A stretch of 63,825 nt of DNA, counting the filler, from an uncultured bacterium (GTDB lineage Bacteria > Auribacterota > CAZIXI01): the NCBI GenBank assembly GCA_964543115.1. It is 3 parts of 3 records of this genome, joined end to end, with 100 filler letters (N's around TTAATTAATTAA, not from the genome) between each part and the next. Parts side by side here need not be neighbours in the genome. Positions count along the whole stretch, not along the records: positions 1 to 23,632 come from CAZIXI010000019.1; positions 23,733 to 47,068 come from CAZIXI010000020.1; 1 more part is not named here. One strand, written 5' to 3'. Shown one piece after another: positions 19,520 to 28,800 of the stretch (its first letter is position 1; each line of letters starts with the position of its first letter). A model generated the notes under the pieces. The model was not told where the DNA came from, searched no databases, and saw only the letters and a program-made list of their open reading frames with translations. Both the position numbers and the translations under genes were made by a program.

Positions 19520-20980
19520 ATGAGTGGTTTATTTGGTGTAGTTTCTAAAAAGGATTGTATTGATGATTTATTTTACGGCACGGATTATCTCTCCCATATG
19601 GGTACGGAGTTTGGCGGGATGGCTGTGTTGCGTGAGGGGGCCGGTAAAGACAGCCGGATCATTAAGAAAATCCGCAATATCAGTCAGGGCCAATTCAAAT
19701 CAAAGTTTTACGATGATTATAAAGAGTTAGAGGGCAGTTACGGTATTGGTGTAATCAGCGACAAGGATGAACAGCCGGTTTTCTTGAATACAAAGTTTGG
19801 TCCGCTAGCCCTGGCGACCGCCGGTCTGATAGAAAATCACAGTGAATTAATCGCCAAATTATTGGCGAAAGGTGTTTCCTTTACGGAGACTACCGATGGT
19901 CATTCTAATTCTACGGAGATTATCGGTAAGATAATCTCTTTAGGTGACAATATTGTTGCTGGGATAGAGCAGGTGTTTGAGTTGATCAAAGGTAGTTGTA
20001 CTTTGCTGCTGCTGACACGCGATGGCGTTTACGCTGCACGCGACCGTTATGGTTATGTGCCGCTGGTTATTGGCAAGCATGGCGATGAATGGGCGGTAAC
20101 CAGTGAAACCAACAGCCTGCATAATCTGGATTTTAAAATAGAGAAGTATCTCCTGCCCGGTGAGATAGTGCTCTTAAATAAAAAAGGAGTAAAACAGGTT
20201 AGTAACGGAAAGAAAGGCCCTTTTCAGATATGTTCTTTCTTGTGGATTTATACCGGTTTTCCCGCCTCCAGTTATGAAGATATATCAGTGGAGATTGTGC
20301 GGGAGCGCAGCGGTGCCTTTTTGGCAAAAAGAGATAATATCGAAGCGGATGTGGTTGCCGGTGTGCCGGATTCCGGTGTAGGCCATGCCGTTGGTTATGC
20401 CATGGAATCTAAAATTCCTTTCCGCCGGCCGCTGGCCAAGTATACTCCGGGATATGGTCGCAGTTATACGCCGCCCTCCCAGGAGATTCGTGATAAAGTG
20501 GCCAAAATGAAATTAATTCCAATTAAGGATATTATTAATGGTAATCGTGTTGTAATTTGTGAGGATTCTATTGTACGCGGCACACAGTTAAAGAATTTCA
20601 CTATTCAAAAATTATGGGAAAACGGCGCAAAAGAAATTCATGTCCGGCCGGCCTGTCCGCCGCTGATGTATCCCTGTCGCTTCTGTCTTTCTACCCGTTC
20701 GCTGAATGAATTGGCCGCTCGGCGGGCAATTCGGGCCTTGGAAGGTAAGGACCTGAAGGATGTTAGCGCCTACCTTGATGAGGATTCCGAGCAATATCAG
20801 AAAATGGTGAAGTGGATTGCCGATGATCTTGGAGTTACCACCTTGCGTTACCAGCGCCTGGAGGACATGATGGCGGCGATTGGTCTCCCGCGGGAAAAGC
20901 TATGTTTATACTGCTGGAACGGCGACTGTACCGCTAAAGGGAATGTTATGAAGGAAGAAGAAGTTTCCTGTAAGGCATAG
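19520..20980 (+). CDS. purF: Amidophosphoribosyltransferase-like protein lacking the N-terminal catalytic Cys (Fe-S type)
   Basis: RDRYG, GVPDSG, PRPP motif VICEDSIVRGT, Cys cluster CPP..YPC and CLYC; N-terminus is MSG rather than MCG; AGGAGG RBS. Confidence 0.85.
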   Translation: MSGLFGVVSKKDCIDDLFYGTDYLSHMGTEFGGMAVLREGAGKDSRIIKKIRNISQGQFKSKFYDDYKELEGSYGIGVISDKDEQPVFLNTKFGPLALATAGLIENHSELIAKLLAKGVSFTETTDGHSNSTEIIGKIISLGDNIVAGIEQVFELIKGSCTLLLLTRDGVYAARDRYGYVPLVIGKHGDEWAVTSETNSLHNLDFKIEKYLLPGEIVLLNKKGVKQVSNGKKGPFQICSFLWIYTGFPASSYEDISVEIVRERSGAFLAKRDNIEADVVAGVPDSGVGHAVGYAMESKIPFRRPLAKYTPGYGRSYTPPSQEIRDKVAKMKLIPIKDIINGNRVVICEDSIVRGTQLKNFTIQKLWENGAKEIHVRPACPPLMYPCRFCLSTRSLNELAARRAIRALEGKDLKDVSAYLDEDSEQYQKMVKWIADDLGVTTLRYQRLEDMMAAIGLPREKLCLYCWNGDCTAKGNVMKEEEVSCKA

Positions 20981-21012
20981 TCAAAGTGTAATTGTAAATT
21001 AATGCCAATAGC

Positions 21013-21050
21013 AAGGGCGAGATTATCATTTTAAAATCTCGCCCTTTTTT
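21013..21050. terminator. Intrinsic terminator between convergent purF and phoU-like genes
   Basis: AAGGGCGAGATT...AATCTCGCCCTT followed by T tract. Confidence 0.85.
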
Positions 21051-21073
21051 AACAACGGTTGTTAGTAGAAAGA

Positions 21074-21769
21074 TTAACTCTCTTGGTTCTCTATTTTCTC
21101 GTGCCGCAGTTTTTCATCAAAGAAATCCAGATTACTGATTGGCAGAATAACAGAAGAGGCAATGTTGGTCAGATGAGCGGCGGTGCGCTTAAAATATCTG
21201 GCCAACAAGGTAAAGCAAACTGCTTCATTTGTCGATAAACCGCTTGTTGCCAATTTTTCTACGGTTGTATCGCAGGCCTTGACGATCTCACGTTCCAGTT
21301 TCATGCATTCTTCGGCTATTTGTTCGTTGGATTCAACAAAGGCCTGTCTGGTTTGGCTGAAGTTTTCCAGGAGTTTTAGGTCTAACTCGTCAAAAAATTG
21401 TTTATAAAGGTCCTGATTAAGTGGTTGCTTGAGCATTTCCCAAACCTCAAATATATTCTTAGCGTAATCACCGAGTCTTTCGGCATCCTTCACTACGCTC
21501 ATCAGTACCAGGCAGAAGGGAAGATCACTGCTTGGTTGTAGGGATAAATGCTCCACGATTCTTTTACGGATCTCCCTCTCGAATTTATTAACCTTCCTGT
21601 CCGTCTCATAGATTTTATCCTTGAGGCCCTCACATGTTTTGTTGCGTACAAGCAGATCGCAGACAAACAGGAACATGTCGTGGGTCTCCTGCATCATCTT
21701 GCTGAAATCATCAAGTACAATTTTAAGGAAATCTCTGGCTTTCCAAAACGATAAAAGATTTACGAACAT
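21074..21769 (-). CDS. PhoU-domain protein
   Basis: Two helical PhoU repeats: D..VN..E...R, DAERLGDYAKNI, RTAAHLTNIA. Confidence 0.85.
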   Translation of the reverse strand: MFVNLLSFWKARDFLKIVLDDFSKMMQETHDMFLFVCDLLVRNKTCEGLKDKIYETDRKVNKFEREIRKRIVEHLSLQPSSDLPFCLVLMSVVKDAERLGDYAKNIFEVWEMLKQPLNQDLYKQFFDELDLKLLENFSQTRQAFVESNEQIAEECMKLEREIVKACDTTVEKLATSGLSTNEAVCFTLLARYFKRTAAHLTNIASSVILPISNLDFFDEKLRHEKIENQES

Positions 21770-21815
21770 AACAACCTCCCGGCAGCCGTATTTAATTCCT
21801 TTACGGCGGCAGCCT

Positions 21816-22967
21816 TTATTTGAGTAACTTATATATTAAGATTATTAATCCGGGAATGCCGTAAAATGTGGCCAATACGAATATAATGGCGTATTTCCTG
21901 AAATCCGCGCATTTATTGGCCAACCCTTTTGCCAGTCTGATTGGTATAGCTCTGGTGGCTTTCCAGGGATAGATAATAAGGATACCAATAACATTAAACA
22001 GAAAATGAACAAAGGCGATAGTAATACCTGCCACATTGCCCGCTAGGGCTGCCAGCATGGCGGTAATAGTTGTGCCGATATCCGCTCCCAGGGTGATGGG
22101 GAAGGCATTTTCTACGGATAATATCCCGGCAGCAACCAGAGGCACTAAAAGAGATGTTGTGACAGAACTGCTCTGGATAGTGGCGGTAAAGACCATGCCG
22201 GTAAACATGGCAATCAGGGTTCGGCCGGCGATTGCCCTGTCCAATACCTGGTTTGCCCTTCCCAGCATCAATGATTTCATGATTTTAACCATATAATAGA
22301 GAGAGCAGAAAAGCACAACTACAGCAATAATTAACATTAAACCGCTGGCAAGTTTTGGCGGTAGCGAAAAAGTGTTTTTTAGCAGGTTATCCACCAGCTG
22401 GATAAGCGGTTTAGTAATCATTTTTACCGGGCTGGTAACTTTAAAGCCGCCAAGATTACAGAAGGCATTTGCCATAATAGCTGCCGTTTTTCGTAACACT
22501 CCGGTACAAAGGTCCAAGGGTAAAAGAATAGAGACGACGATAATCTTAAAGAAATCGTTTAGTGTGGCGCCTCCCAGGGCCCGGCGGAATTCCTCTTTTC
22601 TGGTAATATGTCCCATGGCCACAATGATGCTGGTAACCGTGGTGCCGATATTAGCGCCCATAACTATGGGGACAGCGTTACCGATGGTGAGTACGCCGGA
22701 AGCAACAAAAGCCACTACCATGGAAGTGGTTACAGAAGAGCTCTGGATAATGGATGTAGTAAAAATACCGACAAATAAGCCCACAAGCGGATTGGAGGTG
22801 GTCTGGATCAGGTTTTCGGCAAATCCCTTGCCAAAACCCTTAAAGGAATGGCCCATTAAACCGATACTGGTCAGAAACAGGTAAAGTAAGGCCAAATCCA
22901 AGAGGACTTTTAAAAAGATAGAAAACCTGGGATATTTTTTTTCGAGTATATTGTTAATAGTTTCCAT
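21816..22967 (-). CDS. nptA: Na+/phosphate symporter (NptA, SLC34-like)
   Basis: Duplicated QSSS motifs, MGANIGTT and LGADIGTT. Confidence 0.9.
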   Translation of the reverse strand: METINNILEKKYPRFSIFLKVLLDLALLYLFLTSIGLMGHSFKGFGKGFAENLIQTTSNPLVGLFVGIFTTSIIQSSSVTTSMVVAFVASGVLTIGNAVPIVMGANIGTTVTSIIVAMGHITRKEEFRRALGGATLNDFFKIIVVSILLPLDLCTGVLRKTAAIMANAFCNLGGFKVTSPVKMITKPLIQLVDNLLKNTFSLPPKLASGLMLIIAVVVLFCSLYYMVKIMKSLMLGRANQVLDRAIAGRTLIAMFTGMVFTATIQSSSVTTSLLVPLVAAGILSVENAFPITLGADIGTTITAMLAALAGNVAGITIAFVHFLFNVIGILIIYPWKATRAIPIRLAKGLANKCADFRKYAIIFVLATFYGIPGLIILIYKLLK

Positions 22968-23120
22968 AGCAGCGCGTTAGCAAGACATATTTATTGTAAA
23001 AGATAACCAGATAACCAGTTTAGAAAAATATTATATATTATTTATTCTGTACGTGAAAGCATTAATATTTGTACTTGCGCGTTAGTTTTAGAAACATGTA
23101 TAATTTATAATAAAATTATA

Positions 23121-23507
23121 ATGAAAAAATTGCTATTTATTTGTATAGAAAATTCCTGCCGCAGCCAGATGGCGGAGGCCTTTGCCAAGATGCACGGTAG
23201 CGGAAAAATCACTGCCTATAGCGCGGGCAGCCGGCCCAGCGGCCGGGTAAATGAAAAGGCCATCGGGCTGATGCGGGAAAAAGGCTATGATTTGAGTAAG
23301 CACCAATCCAAGCCATTCGGCTTGATTCCGCAGGAGGACTACGAGTATGTGATTACCATGGGCTGCGGTGAAACCTGTCCTTATTTTCCCGCCCGCTATA
23401 AGGAAGATTGGGGTATTCCTGATCCCAAGAATATGCCGGTAGAGAAATTCCGGCAAATCAGAGATTTGATTGAGGAAAAGGTAAAAGAGCTTATCGGCAA
23501 GATTTAG
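23121..23507 (+). CDS. arsC: Arsenate reductase ArsC / LMW-PTP family
   Basis: P-loop CIENSCRSQMAE, SAGS, MGCGETCP, DWGIPDP. Confidence 0.85.
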   Translation: MKKLLFICIENSCRSQMAEAFAKMHGSGKITAYSAGSRPSGRVNEKAIGLMREKGYDLSKHQSKPFGLIPQEDYEYVITMGCGETCPYFPARYKEDWGIPDPKNMPVEKFRQIRDLIEEKVKELIGKI

Positions 23508-23512
23508 TCTCC

Positions 23513-23542
23513 TGTCAGCTGTCTTAGCTGGCAACTTTTTTT
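23513..23542 (+). terminator. Intrinsic terminator after arsC
   Basis: TGTCAGCT-GTCTT-AGCTGGCA then T tract. Confidence 0.7.
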
Positions 23543-23632
23543 AATGTGCTTATCAGTTTTATTGTTCTATCCTCTTTTCATCATAATAATCCAAATCAGA
23601 AATAGGCAGGATTACTGAGGTAGCAATATTGG

Positions 23633-23732
23633 NNNNNNNNNNNNNNNNNNNNNNNNNNNNNNNNNNNNNNNNNNNNTTAATTAATTAANNNNNNNNNNNN
23701 NNNNNNNNNNNNNNNNNNNNNNNNNNNNNNNN
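23633..23732. other. Artificial contig linker
   Basis: 100-nt N run containing the six-frame stop TTAATTAATTAA at 23677-23688. Confidence 0.98.
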
Positions 23733-25652
23733 CCCCCGTTCGTAAAGTGTTTGCAGTGTGGTTAGGTTTTGGTCATGGACTTTTCTGGCTCCTTTTTCAA
23801 AGGCTTCGATAAGTACCCGTGTTTCTACTTCTCTCAGGGTGCCGGCCAGCCAGCTTTCCGCTACGGGTAATGAAACGTCCGAATGCTGCCAATATAAAGG
23901 CGCTATTTGATCGATTAACTGTTCGATCGCGAAATCCCGCTCACTCAATTGCTGGAGCTGTTGACGGCCGCGCTCAAGTGAACGAATTGCTCTGGCAATT
24001 GTCCAATCCCATATCTCTCTGCCGGTTGGCGGTGCATCCTGGAAAGATGATTGCAGCCAGGTGCCCAGTCTCCAGTGCGCGCTGCCGCGAAGCATGATTA
24101 TTGCCGCCGCCGGATGTTTTTCTGCTAACTCCGCGAGTAGATCCAGGGTGTGATCATCCCGCCGTTTTATAAAGATGGCATTTTTCAGCAACTCAAGCTA
24201 CCTTTCCAGGTCCAAGGCGCTGGGAAACGAAGAGCGGTGTGCCTGCTTAAATCGTGTGCGTTTTAGATAGTCGAAGAGAAAGATGTTGAGATAATCCAGC
24301 TCGCTCCAGGACGCTGTTTCCCAGGCGATACCGGCTAGCTCCGGGATCGAAAGATAATTTTTAAAATGATTTATTACCCAGGCTGGGGCATCAACTCCGC
24401 CGATTTTATCTGTTGCCAGTACTGTTGTCATTTCTTCTCGTGTTAATGATTTTGGGATAAATCCTTCTGCTAGGGCGTGAGCGATTTCCCTAAGGACATC
24501 GCAGGTATCATTTCCGCGGTTTCTGTTGAAAAACGATTCGGTAAATATTTTTTCCTTTTGTCGCCTGTCTCGCAGCAAGAAGTCCACTGCTTTCTGCCAT
24601 TGGGCGATGCTGGGTAGTAAATGATGATGAGTGCTGAATGCAATAGTGTGTTCTTCATGTACCCAGACTTTTGTTAGTCCGCGGCGGCGGATTTCTTCAC
24701 GGATCATTTCCGTGTGCTCCTCTATTTGCTCTTTTTTATGTTGCTCATTCTTGGCGTCTCCATGAACCCAGAACAGGGGGATCAGGCGACCCTCATTGGC
24801 GAGATAATAGCTTTTCGGTTCCAGCGGGTGGAACAGATCAGGATCCAGGGCGTGATCAAGTGCCAGCAGCGCTAACGCCCGGTTTTTGAATCCCGTCCGG
24901 CGCTGAAGGAGTTTTCTGGAGTCTTTACCGGGAACGCGTAATTGTTCGACAAGATCGATTAATTGGTTTACCACCGGTTCGTCAAAGCCAAGTCTCTCAG
25001 CTCCATGATCCCTAAGCCTTTCGCAGAGGTCAGCAAATCTCCGCCTGTTGTCAGGGGCAAAAATCTCAGCAGCGCGCTTTTCCAGATCAGTGTGCGGGAT
25101 TAAAATGTCGTTTAATGCCTTATTCAGCAGGAGATTAATGATCTGTTTGGTGTTAACTGCAGGTGTCTGATCTGCTGGAGCGGATTGTCCTCCTTTTTTC
25201 CTTTTTTTCTTACGTTTTCTTCTGGAACCGGCCATGGCCACCGGTCCGGAAATCTGCCGGACACAGGCATAGGCGTAACCGGCATCCATCCGGCCCGCGC
25301 CTATTTCTATTAACCGGCGGGCAGCTTGGTGCTGGGTGGTCTCGCCAAGATAGGCCATTGCTAAAATATTACAAATATCCGGAGCATTGGCTAAACCGCA
25401 TTCACCGAGGTAGTTGATCGCGTTTCTGGCGGCTGGATCCACAATTGCCCTGTCGTTAGCAGTTAAATTCGCGTAGCCGGACTCTTCAACTGTTGCCGCC
25501 GGTGTCTGCTGAATGGTTTGGGGCGCTAAATAAGAGTTATTTCCTGTTTCAACGGCGATGGCTGTAGTGCAACAGAAAACAGTGATAATCAGGCTTAGAT
25601 TTAGTAAGCTCAGCCAATGTCTATTTTTATTTTTTCTTAGGTAATTTTTCAT
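23733..25652 (-). pseudogene. Secreted protein with a Tiki/TraB/EreA-like domain, interrupted by an in-frame TAG (24198-24200) and truncated at the contig end; pseudogene, read-through gene or assembly error
   Basis: ORFs 24198..25760 and 23685..24191 are in the same frame, separated by TAG-CTT-GAG. Signal peptide from ATG 25652; motifs VHGD, HEE, WE before the stop and RRD, RGSAH after it. Confidence 0.6.
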
Positions 25653-25691
25653 AATTTCCTGTTTTGCTGTATTTTGTGAGCCATATAAAAA

Positions 25692-25707
25692 TGCAAGAAA
25701 CATGCCA
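25692..25707 (-). promoter_or_regulatory. Sigma-54 promoter
   Basis: Minus strand TGGCATGTTTCTTGCA, correct GG-N10-GC spacing, 40 nt upstream of ATG 25652. Confidence 0.75.
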
Positions 25708-25881
25708 AATGTGTAAATAAGCTGAAGTTTTATAAGATCTTTATATGCAAGAACTAACACAGGGAGGTTTAATGGAATGTTTATACTACTAACAATTAAA
25801 TTAGAGAAATGACCTTATTTTTGCGGAGATATTTCATTATTAATGAAATATTGTTCAATTCTGCGGCTATGACGGCAAGAC

Positions 25882-28800
25882 TTAAGCGGCGCTGGCGGTT
25901 AGTTCGGTGGCCTGTTTGAGGGTATCATAGTAGGCCCGGACAAACGGCGCCATCGGCGGGAGCTGGATGATGATGGCTATGCCGGTTTTTATCGAAGAGA
26001 CTATTTCGGCAACGGTTTGCTCTATTTCTGCGCTGGTTTTGGTTTGGCCATAGTAAGTTTTAAAAAGCCTGCTGAAGTTTGTCTGGGCTGATGCCGCGTC
26101 CAGTCCGCTTCTACCCATAATTGCCGCCATCCGGCTCATCAATACCAGGTCATCTTCTCCGGATTCCATACCCCTGATTACCTTATGGCTGGCTGGGATG
26201 TCTGTCCGGTCCGCTGCCTGCATGGTGTTGTTGCTTAACATGCTTACCGTGGAAACATCTCCGATTTTTGTGTCATATTCGCTTACATGAACGAACTGCT
26301 CATTTGCAACGATAATTCCCTGTTCCGCCAAGCGGGCCTTGGTTGCCTCTATCTGGGCGGGATTGGTGTACACTAACCGCAGGTTTTTGCCCGCCCTTTT
26401 CATCAGCCATAATGCCCCTTCACCGCTGTTTTGGATTTCGTGTTCTCCCTGGTTTGCCCCAGGCTGCGGGGATTCTCCTACAATATAGGCGCTGTCCACC
26501 GCCAGGATATTTTCTGTATTCCATTGCGTGGCTTCTTCCCCTAATTTTTCGTCTAGGGTTGTTTCCAATTGTTTATAACCGGTTAAGGCCCTTAGTCGTC
26601 TTTCTGCGTCCGCCCGCAGGATAAGCCGGTTTCTACCCAGGAAACTGAGTAATTCTGCGATTTCCGTGGAATTGCTTATTTGTTGCAGGCCGTCTAATGT
26701 ATCGATCTTTCCGCTTACTTCCCCGCCCAGGGCCGCGCCCTGTTCTGCGGCGAGTACATAGGGTGCTTCGGAAGCCGGCATTGCAGCCAAGGCTTTTTGG
26801 ATTGCCGGTCCTTGATTGGTGGCTTCGGTTTTATATTCCTGTTCTCCCCTCAGGTCCCAGCGCCGGATAAGTTTTTCCAGTTCCCGTTTTACCTGCCGTT
26901 TCGTTGACTCTTCTTCGAACAGCTCCAGAATATCATTTTCCGCTGCCAGGTACCGGGCCAGTATCTCCATTATCTGTGGGGCCAGGGATTTATTTCTTTC
27001 TCTTAAGTAGCCGGTAAGCGCCGCTTCTACCGTAGCCGCGTCACTGACCGCCTCCGCCTCTTCGGTATTTAATTTGTCACGCAGCTGGGCCTGCCTTAAT
27101 TTATATTGGTCCAGTTGTTTTAAAAGAGTATCCACTTGAGAGTTTTCCTCCGCACCCAGCATATTCCTGATCCCCTCCAGCGCCAGGCTGAATACTGCTG
27201 CTTTGACCAGCTCACCGGATTCATTGACATAATATCCTTCCATCAGATAAAGCCCGCGGGCGGTATCTGTAGAAATCCCCTGTTCCTGCAGGGCGGCGAC
27301 AAAAGCCGGCAGACTGGCCGCTTCCGCGGCGCCGGTCAGGGCCTCGTTAACCGCCGCTGCTATTACCGCAACGGTGTGTGTGGACACCGCCGGCGCGATA
27401 CTGCTAAGAAACCTGCCAATTTGTATTTGTAGATCAATATTCTGTTCCAGACTGCTGTCCAGGAGCGCGTCCAGGTTGATCTTTAGTGTTTCCAGGTCCG
27501 CCGCGGACACCGCTTCGCCGGCGGCCAGCCTGTCGATAATAAATGATATTTGTTCGGCCAGTTGCTCGCTTTGAGTTTGACCAAGTGTTTGCAATGCTTC
27601 AATATCGCGCAGCAGTTGTTGGGCCTTAATTATCGAGGTGAGGTTTCTATCCTGCTCTCCGAACAGCTGTCTTTGCAGGGCGCGTAAGAGGTAGTGGGGA
27701 TTAGCGGAATCTTTCTGGGCGATGGCCAGCGCCTCTGCTGATAGCGGCACTGACTGGGAAGTGCCGGCGATAGTGACTTTTAAGTTGGTTCCCTCTAGGG
27801 CAAGCTGCAGTTGACCGGATTTTCTGAAGTATTCCCCCAGTTCATGAAACAGCGCTACTGGATTTGTGCTCAGGCCCTCATTGAGGGCAATTAAATTATT
27901 TTCGTTTGCTGCCTGGCCGAAGAAGTCTCTTATCAGTTCGCTAAAGGTATAGAAATCAATTTGGGAATCGGCCAGTGTGGTTAAAAATGCTTTGAGTACT
28001 GCCTGTATAATCGGATTTGCCGTTGTTTCTGCCAGTGTTTGAAGCGATTTAATTATCTCTGCCCGGTTGCTTGCGTTTAATTCCAGTTCTCCCAGTTTTG
28101 TTCCGCTTTCCGCGTCGGCCACTTCCAGATACTTGGCCCCGTCTGCCCTTGTCTTTACTTTTCCTTCCGCCTCTTTACCTATTTGGGCGAAAGGGGCAGC
28201 GGAAGTTGCCGCTGTTCCCGGAAGAAAAGTATCTGTGCCGAAGGCTTCTCCATAAAGGGGTGTGCCGGTGGCCTCTTCCAGTTCTGCTTTTCTGCTTCTT
28301 ACTGTTCTTGTATAGGCGGCGATGAAGAGCCGGTTACGGAAGATTTCTCTGAATAAATCGGCGGAAATCCTGATTACTTTGGCGTTTGAAGCTGCTTTAA
28401 CGCTGGCGGTACGTTCTCCGGCAAGGGCGGCCATTTCACCGAAAAGCCCCGTTTCGGATATTCTTGCTATCGGGACAGAGGTGCCGTCTTCAGTGGTTCT
28501 GGAAACTTCCAATTCTCCTTCCAGCAGGATATAAACATGACCGGAATCATAACTTTGATCCGTCAGGTTTACCTGCGCCACAAAACCTTCTCTGATTAGT
28601 TCGGTTTCCGCTTCCACGTCAACTTCTTCACCGATGATCCAGGGATTTTCTTTGGCAAATTCTAGGAATGCCGCTATTAAGCTTCTTTGATTTCTGTCGG
28701 ATATATTGGCGAGAGAAGCCTGTAGTTTGTCCAGTACTGCCTGTTGTTCCGCTGTGGCGGTGATTGTTATTTCCTCTGCCGCGGCCGGAACGGCCTGCAG

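Noticed and set aside
23633..23732. TTAATTAATTAA palindrome as a biological site, and arsC linked to the effector genes
   Set aside because: Artificial six-frame-stop linker within Ns; the neighbours are on different contigs
24198..24200. Genome-wide TAG reassignment
   Set aside because: purF (20980), arsC (23507) and GT2 (44901) end at TAG at plausible C-termini
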